Counted from the whole stretch's first letter, positions 36,611 through 51,500 are shown. The stretch: 63,698 bases of DNA, filler included, from Nemertoderma westbladi (GCA_032718475.1; 3 parts of 3 records of this genome joined end to end with filler, not necessarily neighbours in it); one strand, 5' to 3'. Notes: generated from the letters alone by a model not told the origin. Made by a program: numbers and translations.

Positions 36611-38648
36611 CGACGCCATAAGACTTAACCTCCTCCCTATCCATCCTGTATGCTAGTTCAAACATCGTCACTACAGTACCTCAAACTGATAAAAATTGTA
36701 CTCTAACCAAAGCGGACCGGTAGTATAAAAATCTGTTTAAAATAGGCCTAGGCCTACCACCTACCAGTAATGGATTGCAAGTAATTCCTGTAAGCAGGAG
36801 TAAGTCCAATCTGCCAAACTAGGGTTTAACAGAAGGCACTTTACGGGACCGATGCCGAATCGAATCAGGGCAAAGTCAGAAAGTTCGGGTCGAACCGAAC
36901 CGAATCAAAGCGAAGTTCAGAGAAAGTTGGCAAGTTGTGGTCGTAATTCAGGCTGCAAACCACCACTGAACCGCGCACAACGCCTGCGCACAATTTTTCA
37001 GCCGCGCAATATTGGACAATCAGACAATATACCGCGCATGCACCGAAAAAAACGCGCACACCACATTTTAACAATGTAAACGAAAAACATGCGCGAGCGA
37101 AGCGAGCAAAACTTTTTCATTAACATTGCAAAGTGAAAAAGAAACGTGAGCAAAACTCAAAGTGAACGAAATGTTTTCATTCTAACAGTGCAAAATGCAA
37201 AGAAACGTGAGCGAAGCGAGCGAAATTTTTTGTGGCAAATTATTTTTCTCACTTTTGAATGCATGTAAACTTTTTTACATCTCACCCAGTCATCCACCTG
37301 TACGCGCACTTTACGACTTTTGATCTTTTGCACAGATTACTGCGCACTTTTGTAGTCTTTCACATAATTTCGCGCACTTTTATTTCAATTCCGCGCGCTT
37401 TTACAGTACTGCGCACTATTTCAAATACGCGCACAACGCGTTGCGATTTTTGTACTTCATTTGAACCCTGGGTCGTAATGTCATATTTACGTCACTATAT
37501 TGGTATTTGGTCCGCGGACTGGAGTGCTGTATGTATAGTATAATAAAGTAGCTACAGTTATTTTTCAGGTCTACGTTTAAGATTCATGTTGAACACCCAA
37601 ACTAAACTGCCTGGCCATAATTAAACCATACGACGCCATAAGACTTAACCTCCTCCCTATCCATCCTGTATGCTAGTTCAAACATCGTCACTACAGTACC
37701 TCAAACTGATAAAAATTGTACTCTAACCAAAGCGGACCGGTAGTATAAAAATCTGTTTAAAATAGGCCTAGGCCTACCACCTACCAGTAATGGATTGCAA
37801 GTAATTCCTGTAAGCAGGAGTAAGTCCAATCTGCCAAACTAGGGTTCAACAGAAGGCACTTTAAGGGACCGATGCCGAATCGAATCAGGGCAAAGTCAGA
37901 AAGTTCGGGTCGAACCGAACCGAATCAAAGCGAAGTTCAGAGAAAGTTGGCAAGTTGTGGTCGTAATTCAGGCTGCAAACCACCACTGAACCGCGCACAA
38001 CGCCTGCGCACAATTTTTCAGCCGCGCAATATTGGACAATCAGACAATATACCGCGCATGCACCGAAAAAAACGCGCACACCACATTTTAACAATGTAAA
38101 CGAAAAACATGCGCGAGCGAAGCGAGCAAAACTTTTTCATTAACATTGCAAAGTGAAAAAGAAACGTGAGCAAAACTCAAAGTGAACGAAATGTTTTCAT
38201 TCTAACAGTGCAAAATGCAAAGAAACGTGAGCGAAGCGAGCGAAATTTTTTGTGGCAAATTATTTTTCTCACTTTGAATGCATGTAAACTTTTTTACATC
38301 TCACCCAGTCATCCACCTGTACGCGCACTTTACGACTTTTGATCTTTTGCACAGATTACTGCGCACTTTTGTAGTCTTTCACATAATTTCGCGCACTTTT
38401 ATTTCAATTCCGCGCGCTTTTACAGTACTGCGCACTATTTCAAATACGCGCACAACGCGTTGCGATTTTTGTACTTCATTTGAACCCTGGGTCGTAATGT
38501 CATATTTACGTCACTATATTGGTATTTGGTCCGCGGACTGGAGTGCTGTATGTATAGTATAATAAAGTAGCTACAGTTATTTTTCAGGTCTACGTTTAAG
38601 ATTCATGTTGAACACCCAAACTAAACTGCCTGGCCATAATTAAACCAT
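36611..38648. repeat. Near-perfect ~1020-bp tandem duplication (36611-37630 / 37631-38648) containing a MITE-like element (agggttcaa...ttgaaccctg)
   Basis: Both units start cgacgccataagacttaacc and differ at only a few positions; the ORF-track entries are duplicated. Confidence 0.95.
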
Positions 38649-39341
38649 CTGACAACAGTAAAATTATTTGTGGACAAAATCCGCGAAGGGGAACCAAATC
38701 TGCCGGAACCAGTTTTTGGTTGGTCCGGGGGGTCTAACTAAAGCAATATAATAGAGTAATTAGAGGGGGGGGGGGGGGGGGGGGCTCCCTTCCAAGTGGG
38801 CCCCGGCCCAGGCCTCCCACCTGTTTAATGCGGCCCTACATTAATGTGGGCCATGGAGGGAACATTCGGTATAATAGTAGTATCGCATAATAATGTGATC
38901 CCGGATATAAATCATTAGTGTATTACAGTACGTTCACGGCCTTTACCAGTTTACTCCATGCATTATCTAGTAAAAACAGCTCAACTACAATTAATTTTTT
39001 TTAAACATAGTCTAATCCACAATACGTTGGTTCGGGGTGCTAGGTGGAGGGCGTGATAAGTCGTCTCTTATTGCAGTATTGGTAGCTACAGTATGTAAGG
39101 TTTTACCACACACTCACCGTCATTTTGAGTGTGGATTATCACATGATTTGCACCTAATGAAATTTAATTTCGCGATATGTTGGGTTTTAATTAATTGTAA
39201 ATAATTAAAATGCTGTAGCTAGGCAAACCGCTTCTTACTTTCTGCAATTCTGTATGCAATTTCTGATCGAAATAATTAATATAATTACAGTATGTACATT
39301 AATTATTAAGAAATTAAAGAAATTAAGAAAAATTTATTCAT

Positions 39342-40014
39342 TAAGGTTGGATTGCATATAAATGCTACCAAGACCGAATTCATAACCTTTAATGTTGATG
39401 GAAACTTGACAACCATTGATAATAATCAACTAAGGCAGGTCGATGACTTCCAGTACCTTGGATCGTGGATAGAGAGTAGCAAAAAGGACATAGAAGTTAG
39501 GAAAGCAAAGGCTTGGGTAGCTCTATCAAAAATGGATACCATCTGGAAATCAGATCTCTCCAGGCACCTGAAGACCAAGTTCTTTCGAGCCACAGTGGAA
39601 AGTGTATTTTTATACGGGGGTGCGACCTGGACACTGACTAAATCACTTGAACAACGAATTGATGGTTGCTACACAAGACTACTAAGGGCAGCCCTAAACA
39701 TCAGCTGGAGACAACACATGACAAACGCCGAGCTTTATGGTACAATACCACCTGTATCAACCACCCTCCGTGAACGCAGATTAAGATTCAGTGGGCACTG
39801 CTGGCGAAGTAAAGACGAGGTCATACCAGATCTACTTTTCTGGCAACCAACTCATGGAAAGCGTAATCGTGGACGGACCGGCCATAACATATATAGATCA
39901 ACTTGAAAGGGATACTGAACTTGGGAGAAACGAAATTGCGACAACTATGGAGAATCGGGAAGCCTGGAAGGATCTCATTTCCACTGTCCGAGTTCGCTCG
40001 ACCTAGTAGTAGTA
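39342..40014 (+). mobile_element. RTE-clade LINE, 5'-truncated 3' end
   Basis: GLHINATKTE, DDFQYLGSWI, ESVFLYG..TWTLT and RRLRFSGHCWR, followed by a (TAG)n tail at about 40004. Confidence 0.9.
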
Positions 40015-41184
40015 TGTACATTAATTATAGCATACTTTCTGAATTATTCTTCCCATGCTTCTGTAGTCAGCCTGCAACACTACCGGTAGCCAGCTTCTAA
40101 CAATAGGAAGCATGGAGTAGACAGGTAGAGGCGCCGGGGACTGTAGGCCTAGGCCTACCTACCGAACGGACGAGGTGACAGACTACCGGGGGGTCAGATT
40201 AAACAGTTTTTGGCTATTAGATTAATTTGACAGACTGTAAGGACCTTTGATATTCTCGTCTAAAAAAATTCATCCAACTATCCAACCAATTCTGAACAGT
40301 CAAACCTACCAAACACTTATTTTATTTGTTATAAATTAGAACCAATCAGTTTCATCTAAATCTGTCATTACTACAGTATTTTTTGTGGAGCTGTGGAAAT
40401 GATTAGCTAAGACATTTACAATTTGATTTGTTTTATTAGTGGTTGTTGGATTAGGAGAGAGTTGATAGAGTTGAACTCAGGGATTCTCAATTCTATCTTT
40501 AGGGATATAGATTGACTGATGATGACGGAGTAGGCCTACTGTACGAAGTAATAACGCCAACACGGGTCTGTCTGTTAACACTTTAATTCCATATTGACCA
40601 ATATTTGAGCAATAATAATACAGATATTAGTTTTTTCGGATAAAAATTTAATAATGAGTCATTAGTCCACGCCCTTGCCCACACCTCGAAGTACCGATTG
40701 CTGGATTGTCAGCCATTGGCGAGAGTTTCTGTCCTTGGTAACAAAATTTCCTCCCTGAGAGACCGTAGCCTAGGGGTAGACTACAGTTCAGCGGTTGACC
40801 GTATTATCATTGGCTGTCTGTTCCTGGAAAGGAAGATTATTAGTTCTTCCGCTGTTTGTGTGTGGATTAGCAGTGTTTAGCGGATCCTAGAGGGATGGCG
40901 GCCAGACTAGACCCAACACGGGCGAATGAGACCGCATTTAGAACGGCTTGAGGTGTTCGACCTTTGGTATCTGGATCGAAACATACAGGGAAGAACTCCT
41001 TGCAGCCTTGTCCCTCGAGAACCAAAATAAGAACATTTGTGGATTCGGTTCCAATTTAATACTTTGTATATATGTTCTAGGTGTGTAGGTAGGCGTAGGG
41101 CGTGCTGAATTATCTCTACTAATTAAAGTTAGGTAGACTATTATGTAATCTGTGAAGATATTCCAGATTTGTAGATGTATTCTA

Positions 41185-43191
41185 ATGTGTGATCTTATGG
41201 ATACAGCTACTGTTATTGGTATATGGGATAAGATTTGTCCTGCTTGTAAAGAATTCTGCTACAATAGTCCAGGAGTTCTATTTTGCCATTTTTCTGAATT
41301 TCATATAAAGGAGGATACCTGTATACCGTGCAATTTATCTTTAAACGTATCAACACGAGAGGAACACATTTTACATCATGTAAATATTGTTTTTAACTCC
41401 TGCAATCTATGTGGGGTTTCATGTGACTCAATCCAGAGCCTTGCATCGCACATACGAGTTATGCATGGAGGTAAAATTCATACGAATTTTCAACCTGCTC
41501 TATGGAAAACAAGTCGAGTAAATACCAATACCCAACGAGAAGTTATACCAATGAATCAAACCACCATGCTGGCCAATTCAACTACCGGTACCAACTCCAC
41601 TATGGAAAATAATTTATCAATTATCTATGGAAATACTAAAGGTAGATGTAGCCAAGTTATTGCTGCCTCTTCACTAAATCAGAATGAGGATAAGGAACAG
41701 CCAATTATTTCTTCAGAAGATATTGTTAATTCAGGAAGGAGAGAAAGTGTCTCAGAAATTGGTTTGTGTAATTTAGACACACCGACTCAACTACAACCAA
41801 ATTATATGGATACGCCTAGTGGATCTGATCTCAGTGTAAGTTCAAGGGATGCTGATAAATGGAAACCTTTAACAAGTTATGGCGACATTGCTGCATTTAT
41901 TGATAAGACACACATCTATAAGTGTGCATATTATTATGGTTCTAACAGTTTAAAGCCAATTAATGCTTATGAAGCTAAAATCCCATGTTGTAATTGTGGT
42001 GAAATATGTAATGGTTATAAACTCTTAAAAGAACATTTTTATCAAGTACATACAAATAACATAAACAGTTGCACCATTTGCAACATTAGTTTTAATGATA
42101 TTTCTGCTCTTAATCGCCATATGTACAGGCATCTGGCTAAGGCAAGGTTTACATGCTCTGTTTGCAAAAAATCGTTTCCTGAACGATTGTATCTTTTGCA
42201 ACATTTGAAATCATTTCACAGGTTGTCAGAATTTGTAACTCAAGGTAATGAATTTATGGAGTGCAGTGATACATGTAATAATGGAACTCTTCATCATGAC
42301 TCAATAGTTTCAAATACCAAAACTCGGTTCATTGTTGCTTCACCAGGTATAGAACAAGATATCGAAGTTGCACTATTTGGCAAGGGACTGGAAAAGAACC
42401 CCAAAGGCCAACGCACTGAATTACTCCATGTTGTGGCTTCTAAATCGCCCCCTGTCATAGAATCATATTCACTTTTTACATGTTCTAAATGCATTATGGA
42501 ATTCCAAGACTACACGCAATTTGTTAATCACAAAGTAAATAACTGCGGTGATGCTAGCACAGATGCAATTTCTACAAATAGTTCTTTGGAATTGTCAGGA
42601 AATAAAGATAGTCTTGTGGATTCTAATTGTGCTACAATGGTACATAAGGTGAATGAAAAAATGGAATCTGTTCGCAACAACAACAAGGAAGAACACAAGA
42701 TAGTAAAAAAAATCATTCGTGATTTATATTGCCAACATTGCAAAATGGTTTTCAGTAATTTATCTATCTTGAAGCATCATTTGAACAATATGCACGAGTA
42801 CTCTAGCATTGAAAATATTGAACTGGAGCCGAGTATACCAGGACCAGCTTCTAATAATGTAATTGATTCGATATCCCCTCAACCAATGAATGCAGCCCAT
42901 GCTGATTCAATACGAGACGAATCATCGCCTGGTGGAATACCAACTCAAACATTCCATGGGTTCCATGTTGACCATTCGGTAGTTCAACCAGTTTATTCAC
43001 CAGAACCAAAGCGACGTATGTCTGCTTCACGTCTCAATGGTAGCCACTCCGACTCTGTCAATGTCAGTTATTTGAGGAGCATGATTCAGGCTAACTCTTG
43101 CGTTGGTCGAGGATTACAACCCCAAATACGATTGATTAAGTTCTCGCTTCCAGGAGGTGATGACGTGATTACTTACAGTGGGCAGGGATGA
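41185..43191 (+). CDS. C2H2 zinc-finger protein (single long exon; true start uncertain)
   Basis: Multiple CxxC-x12-Hx3-4H fingers, e.g. CNLCGVSCDSIQSLASHIRVMH, CTICNISFNDISALNRHMYRH, CSVCKKSFPERLYLLQHLKSFH and CQHCKMVFSNLSILKHHLNNMH, in a 679-codon open frame. Confidence 0.9.
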   Translation: MCDLMDTATVIGIWDKICPACKEFCYNSPGVLFCHFSEFHIKEDTCIPCNLSLNVSTREEHILHHVNIVFNSCNLCGVSCDSIQSLASHIRVMHGGKIHTNFQPALWKTSRVNTNTQREVIPMNQTTMLANSTTGTNSTMENNLSIIYGNTKGRCSQVIAASSLNQNEDKEQPIISSEDIVNSGRRESVSEIGLCNLDTPTQLQPNYMDTPSGSDLSVSSRDADKWKPLTSYGDIAAFIDKTHIYKCAYYYGSNSLKPINAYEAKIPCCNCGEICNGYKLLKEHFYQVHTNNINSCTICNISFNDISALNRHMYRHLAKARFTCSVCKKSFPERLYLLQHLKSFHRLSEFVTQGNEFMECSDTCNNGTLHHDSIVSNTKTRFIVASPGIEQDIEVALFGKGLEKNPKGQRTELLHVVASKSPPVIESYSLFTCSKCIMEFQDYTQFVNHKVNNCGDASTDAISTNSSLELSGNKDSLVDSNCATMVHKVNEKMESVRNNNKEEHKIVKKIIRDLYCQHCKMVFSNLSILKHHLNNMHEYSSIENIELEPSIPGPASNNVIDSISPQPMNAAHADSIRDESSPGGIPTQTFHGFHVDHSVVQPVYSPEPKRRMSASRLNGSHSDSVNVSYLRSMIQANSCVGRGLQPQIRLIKFSLPGGDDVITYSGQG

Positions 43192-43833
43192 ACCACATGC
43201 TATGGACGGAGGACAGTAGAAGCTGAAACACCCTCGTCGAAAAAAGAACGCATTAAATATATATTGGAGTAATTATTAGGGTGTTATAGTTCGTAAGGGG
43301 ATTGTGTGGAAGAAGTAAACCATTACATGCGGCACAGTTTACTGCGTCAAGTAAACTTATCCCTTCCTATAATAAATGTGTAAGTAAACTTATGTACACA
43401 TCACATAACTGCACTGCACAATTAATGTTGAAATATAATCGCTAAGAATTTAACAGTGGTTTAAATGACATATTGCAGGCCCCATCTCCCGTGCAACTTC
43501 TCTTACTCAACTTTTTTGGCTACATGTTTCTCATAAGGGTGGCTAAAAAAACGGCAACAATTAATCGTTTGTTTCTGAAACAAGTTATCGGAACAAATTT
43601 GCGGCAACATACAACTTATAGAAAAATAATTTAATCTTACGAGTAGTTGAGCTTGAGATGTGATTGAAATATATTATTAATTAATATGAATGATTATACA
43701 GAGGCAGGAGTGAATAACTACAGTAGTGAGTTGGATATTCACACAGTATAACAGTAGACCTGTTGGTATTGAATATGTGCTTTAAATGAAATCTAAATGT
43801 AGTTAATATATATTGGAATTAAAAATACTGTAT

Positions 43834-44452
43834 TAACTATTTACATACTTGTGTGTAAAGTAGTACTTTACAGTGTGATGATCCGAGTGGCTTTGTTACA
43901 CGAACGAACGTTAGTGAGTGAGTGAAAATAAAGCCACGAAGATCAGAACACTGTAAAGTACTTTGCAACAAGTATGTATGTAGTTTTATTCCAAAATTGT
44001 AACATTACGAAATGATTGTACATATACATTATAAGTGATAGAAACTGCACAAATTATATTAGTTGCTGTATAAATAATTGTAAAAATTACATAAATTATG
44101 TTATAAATAAGTTAGCTTATGTTAGCCATGTTATAATAATATAGCTAGGCCTTACTGGTTATTATAATAGCTATACACCGCCTACCGGTAGGTAATGCAG
44201 TAGGCCTATCTGGCTGTCAGGCAAACTTTCACCTATTGTTTACGTGGTATCCAATGACGGCGTTAAGTACTGTCCACTAGGGGGACATTACTTAACGCCG
44301 TCATGATTACCACGTAAACAATAACACCAAATACAATACTAAATGTACAGGCCAATACAATGCTGTAATGCCCTCTAAAGTTGTAAAGTGCTAAATAACA
44401 ACTCGCTGTTAATACTAACGGCGTTGAGTAATGTTTCAATTTTGGAATAAAA
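43834..44452 (+). mobile_element. Crypton-like family C non-autonomous element (uninterrupted copy)
   Basis: Homologous to 28709-30002 and 22650-23143. Related 5' ends near 49010-49130 and 61900-61995 carry gagcgnagcgag motifs. Confidence 0.6.
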
Positions 44453-46164
44453 TACTTTAACCTTAAGGCACGCAATGCTTAAACCAGGTTTACTAACGCT
44501 CAAAGATTTCCAGCTCATATGCACTGGACTTCTATGCGGCCAGTGCAGTGGCGCGGCGCTGTAAGCTGTATCCATTTTTGTTTTTTTGCATCTGATGCGA
44601 AAACGTGTAGCAAGTAGTACAGTAACAATTAATAGTTGAGATGTGCCTTAAGTACTAAAGTACAGTAACAATTAATAGTGGAGATGTGCCTTTAAGTACT
44701 AGTACAGTAACAATTAATAGTTGAGATGTGCCTTAAGCTTCTTATTTTATTATTAAATGTTTTACTAATTTTTATATTTGAAACCTTTTTGTAATATTTA
44801 AAAAGTTATTGTTATTTTTAGAATTGCTCGGGCTATAAAATATAGTAAAATATTGTATAGTTAGGATTATTACGTACAGTATTCTCATATTACAAATATA
44901 GTAAGTATAGCAAGTGTGTGTCTGTATCGTGTACAATAAAATGGTCGTTCGTTTCGTATATTTGGTTATGCAGTATTTCATTTATCGTTTATTATTGCGT
45001 GTCTAATTAATAGGCCAGGATACTAACTATTTAAATTTGCCGAATGGGGGCGGCCCGTTGCTTTCTATTAGTATTCAAATTAAATTCGTCTACTGTACGA
45101 TTGAATATTACAGTAATTATTAGATCGAACCATTATACATCTATTGATTACTAAACATAAGGCCTACATTATTTCATGAAATAAATCTATTATCTAATTT
45201 TTATGTAGATTATCTGGAAAAATTCACATTAATACTGTATTCTACCTTAATTTTGTACGTAGGGCCCAAACTCACAAAAAGTGGCCAAAAACGTTTCCCA
45301 CACGATTCGGCTTAATTTTAGAATGAATTTTTTTTTGGAACCTCGTAAAGTTATATATATTTTTGAAGATAATTTTATGGTCCAACAGATGCACAAAAAA
45401 TCATACTGCCACTCCGACTTTGATAGATTTTACAGACCTTTTAGTACTAAAAAATGAAGGTTTTTCAATTGTCGAAAAGAGTTCATTGCATTGTGGGGGA
45501 TGTATTTTGACATCTACTGGGTGTATTTCAACAAGTTATAGCTCATTTTAAAGCTAAATAATATAGGAATGCAATGGAATAACTCCCAAATTGTTTTATT
45601 GATATCATATTTAAATAAATCAATTGATAATATACCCCTATTTTTGACAATTACTTGTCCCAAACGGTAACAACTGAATTCACCAATAGGTTTTTATTTG
45701 GATTCTATAAACTAAATTCTTATTTGAAAGGGAAATCTTCAAGAAGTGGAATGTTCCAGATTTTACGAAAAAATACTATAACACAACCAGAGATATGGCT
45801 GGTTTTATACGTGCGAGTCGATTATGTCAATTAGGATTGTCCCATGTGTACAGTAACACCAAGTGCACTGCTTTACCATGCTCTAGAATCAGTTCTAACA
45901 AACTTGATATGAAGATTCAAATATCAGAAGATAGCCAAGTTCTTGGTCTTTTGCGTGAGTAATCATTTGTGGCAACAATTGACTATGGAATAGACTTTAG
46001 TTGCTTTTACATTTATCAGCATGAGCTTTGTCCGACCTGTAACAAAAGCCTGTAACACAAAAAACGTTACAAGGTGGGACGTCCCACTGATAGTAAATAA
46101 AAATAGGACTAATAATACTGATCTGTCTTATATGGAATGCGGTCCGTCTTAGATCTATCTTCTG

Positions 46165-47341
46165 CTATTGGGAGAGGGAGATTGGGAGCTCCGTGAGGGG
46201 AGCAGTTAGAGGTGGAGGGAAAAAATAGAGGTGCAAGGGGAGCAGTTGGAGGTGTGAGGGAAAAAGGTAGAGGTGCAAGGGGAACAGTTGGAGGTGCGAG
46301 GGGAACAGGTAGAGGTGCAAGTGGAGCAGTTGGAGGTGCGAGGGGAAAAGGTAGATGTGGAAGGGGAGCAGTTGGAGGTGTGACGGGAAAAGGTAGAGGT
46401 GCAAGTGGAGCAGTTGGAGGTGCGAGGGGGAAAAGGTAGATGTGGAAGGGGAGCAGTTGGAGGAGCGAGAGAAGTAGTTAGTGCGAGAGCAGTTGCGAGA
46501 GGAGAATGGGAGGATCTGTGGAGGGTGTGGGAGACAGGGTGAAAAGTACAGGAGGATCTGTGGAGGGTGTGGGAGACAGGTTGAAAAGTACAGGAGGATC
46601 TGTGGAGGGTGTGGGAGACAGGGTGAAAAGTACAGGAGGATCTGTGGAGGGTGTGGGAGACGGAGTGGGAAATACAGGGGGATCTGTGGATGGAGGGTGT
46701 GGGAGACGGAGTGTGAAGAACAGGAGGATCTGTGGAGGGTGTGGGAGACGGAGTGGGAAGTACATGAGGATCTGTGGAGGGCGTGGGAGACAGGGTGAGA
46801 AGTACAGGAGGATCCGTGGAGGGTGTGGGAGACAGGGTGAGAAGTATAGGATGATCTGTAGAGGGTGTGGGACAGGGTGAGAAGTACAGGAGGATCTGTG
46901 GAGGGTGTGGGAGACGGAGTGGGAAGTACAGCAGGATCTGGGGAGGGTGTGGGAGACAGGGTGAGAAGTACAGGAGGATCTGTTGATGGTGTGGGAGACA
47001 AGGTGAGAAGTACAGGAAGATCTGTGGAGGGTGTGGGGGGGAGACAGGGTGAGAAGTACAGGAGGATCAGAGGAGGGTGGGGAAGATGGAGTGGAAGGTA
47101 CAGGTGGATCTGTGGAGGGTGGGTATGAAAGTGATAATGAACAATTTACAGGTTTTGAAGGAGTGGGGGGGGGGGGGGGGGGGGGTATGGGAAGATCCGT
47201 GGCGGCTATACAAGATAACGTTTGGAATACAGGAGAATCTATGGAGGGTGTAGAAGATGGAGTGGGGAGTTCAGGAGGTTCTGTGGAGGGTGGAGATGAA
47301 ACTGATGAACAATTTATAGTTTTGACTAACTGCTCAGCCAT
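46165..47341 (-). repeat. GA-rich minisatellite (48-bp and 30-bp units) reading as a frameshifted Pro/Ser/Thr-rich ORF on the minus strand
   Basis: Units such as ggaggatctgtggagggtgtgggagacagggtgagaagtaca; reads STDPPVLxTLSPTP after ATG 47341. Confidence 0.85.
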
Positions 47342-48880
47342 AGTGATATACAGTTATAAACTCGGTAATGAACTTGTCATACTTTGTGAATTTTCATATA
47401 AATCGTCACTACAGTACCTAAAGTGGTTAAAATGTTTTAATAAACTCTTTATGTTTATTTGATAAACTATAATATTTTACAATTTTTCCAGAAATGGGGA
47501 CCGTAAAGATTTCTTATGATTGATTTTATTTTCAAATAGCTTTATTGGGAGGCGTTACTGGGATCAGGTATTGCTGCATAGCTCCCACTCAGAGACGAAA
47601 TCTAGGTTAATTTAACATTTCAGTGTAATTACAACTGGTGTTACATGGTGGGCCAAATTGTTACAGGCATCGGAAATCACAATTCAAGGGCTTTGATTGG
47701 CTGATATCGGGCGTTACATTGTGGGACAAGTGTTACAGGAATGGACATCTGTTTTTCTCAATTATTTGTTACCATGAGGTCGGGGATATTGGGAAATTAC
47801 CTCCGTTGAAATCAGCGCATCAAAAGCTTTCTGGTGATATATAATATTACATATTATACGGGTTTTTAGTGAAAACATGGTAGGCCCTATTCTTCATATA
47901 AACTGCAAAGTATAATATATCAGCAGAAAACATAAAATAATCAAATTCTATTAACGTAATGTACAAAATATATATTCTCATGGAGAAACCAATAACAGAA
48001 AACGAGGAGACCTAGATGGCATCTTGGGATCATAACCATTTATATGAGAAATCGATCTATCTACTCTTATTGCCTTTACACCGCCCCTATTATTCGTTAT
48101 TCACCAAAAAATAGTTAATTTCACAACAAATAAGGTGACTACAATAATTGTGCCCTAGCATACAAGTAAGTGTAGCACTGTATTACACATTGGCCCTACA
48201 ATATATGGTTCAGAACCACACGATAGCACCATTGCACATGAATTGCATTAATTTGAAAAAAGATTAACAACTACAGCTAGTAGCTAGTAAATGGCTTAAA
48301 TTGGAATTACAAACATCATAATTTTGTATATCTATGTTATACCTCGCCAGTTCAACCGAAATAATAAAACATCGTGGTGTAAACAATAAGTAATAAATAA
48401 TAAGGTAATTATAATTGAAAATGGCTCGAAATTCACATCACATTTGGGGTCATCCATAAATGACGTCACGCCGGACTGGATTGCTATTAGGTAGCACATT
48501 GAAAGTTTCCCCAATATCATTAAATAAATAAATATACAATAGTTTACTTTAGTTGTACTATCGGTAGTAAGAGTAATAGTACATTCACTATCAAGTATTT
48601 TACCCTGATTATAAAATTATTTGATCGTTCCGATCAAATAACATTATTTGTAAGACTTTTAATACTAATTTAATAAAGATTTTGAGTTATTAATTATATA
48701 TCGCATGGGGGGTGGGGGGCGTCAACAAATGTATCCAAAAATTAAAAGTCTTGACGCTATTTATGGATGGCCCTTGTACCACCTTGTAGAACCTTCCTAA
48801 AGTAACATAACGCATTACCCGATTGACAGGTAGTTGCAGTCTAATATCTATATATGATTATGATATAAATTGATATAGGC

Positions 48881-48980
48881 NNNNNNNNNNNNNNNNNNNN
48901 NNNNNNNNNNNNNNNNNNNNNNNNTTAATTAATTAANNNNNNNNNNNNNNNNNNNNNNNNNNNNNNNNNNNNNNNNNNNN
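48881..48980. other. Artificial 100-nt gap/linker with TTAATTAATTAA
   Basis: Same structure as 31235-31334. Confidence 0.97.
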
Positions 48981-49774
48981 TTTATTTAACTGATATTCTT
49001 GAAATACAAAACTGTTTACATGATTGTGTGAAAACTAGCACTTCTCAGAGTTATGACCCGAGTGTATTTATGTAACAAGCGAGTGGAGCGAGTGAGTTTT
49101 ACATAAATATAAACGCTGTTAACAGAACAGTGCCCTTATCACACAATGGCTGAATGATGTATTGGGTGCGTAATTTTGTTACATTATGTGAACTTGTCTG
49201 CGTTTTCAACGCTTAAAATTATTATATTTAAATATTGAAATGTTCACTCTCTATAGTGATATAAGTGAAATTGATATCCTTTTTAAGAAATTGCTTGCAG
49301 TTATTGTAACAAATGTAACGTAAATAATGTTACACTTACAGTACAATATGGCTCTCATCGATAGACTGAGAATAGTCAAGACGTTTAGGAATTTATTGCT
49401 ATTAAGTTGTGAATACTTTGCAGGGTTCCGGCCTATAGGCCGCAATGCTGTATATAAGTAGCGGAGATATCACCAGAACGCTGATAAGTTGTCATAATAA
49501 TGTAACAAAATACATAATATGTTCTAGAATGGTTTGTATTTTAAATAGTCCGATGGCAGAGGTATGAGAATGAAAATGGTGAGAATGGGCGTCGCCTAAG
49601 TCCTGAGTGCCTTGGAGTGAGTTTCACAAAACGGTAGATCCATCTCTTAGAAACGCTGACCAACCATTCTGCCAAATTAACTACAGCTGCGTCACAATGT
49701 ATCTATAATGTTCTCCTGTATCACCATATTAAGCAAAAACCCCCATGAGAGGATCAGCTTCACAGCCTAACTTG

Positions 49775-49859
49775 TAACTATTATTTCGTCCTCGGACGTG
49801 TTATAAGTCCTCGGCTTCGCCTCGGACGTTATAACAGTCCTTGAACGAAATAATAGTTA
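49775..49859. repeat. ~85-bp imperfect hairpin, probable Crypton-like element terminus
   Basis: taactattatttcgt...tgttataa-gtcc-tcggcttcgcctc-ggac-gttataaca...acgaaataatagtta. Confidence 0.7.
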
Positions 49860-50147
49860 CTCCTACAAAATATCCGTACAAAATAACAAATAACAGTTCA
49901 ATAAAGATAGTTATATTTATTTATTTATTTTGTAGGCCTATAATTATAATTATTTTGAAATTAATTGACATTGTATCAGGTCTAGTATATCCGACGTATC
50001 CAATGCCGGACACAGGCACAACCAGGACGACCGACCGATCAAAAAACGATAAGGCTGTATTCTGCAACATAAATATGGAGGACAGCCAACGAAGTTTCGT
50101 TTTAAATATTATTAAGACGCTATATATATATAGGCTTGTTTTCTTAA

Positions 50148-51011
<864 letters not shown>

Positions 51012-51166
51012 ACATTTATTAGGCCTATTACTCTTTTATTCCAAAGGAAGCTTTCATTTTATAACAAGTCTCACTCCATGGACATGGGCCCCTCCTGAAA
51101 CAATAGGATTGGTGCGCGGAAAAATTGTTGGACTAGATAATTTTCGAATAAGGGGTACCAAGGTGT

Positions 51167-51500
51167 CCTGAATCAAGTGGCGGGGTGTGTTTTATGTAAA
51201 AACACGAGGAAACGGTCGTAATGGCGGGTTTAAAGCCCGGGAAGCCAATTTTGAAAATCGGCTGTGATTGGCTGCTATTTGACGTCACTACGATGTGCTC
51301 TGATAATTTCTTATTTTGTTTTCTAAGGAGGGTGATAATAGATCCATTCAAATACGGTACACATTATTTAATCTCAATCATTTCACACGTGGCTTATATC
51401 AATTGAAAGCGGAGAGTCTTGCGCGTCTTTTAACACTACAATTCATTAAATTCATGATCATGAACATTGATAAATGCTGTTTGCAATTTTGCAAACTTGG
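51167..51500 (+). repeat. Repeat with an inverted copy at about 54300-54629
   Basis: cctgaatcaagtggcggggtg...ctgtgattggctgcta...tgacgtcactacg is reverse-complemented at 54300-54629. Confidence 0.85.
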
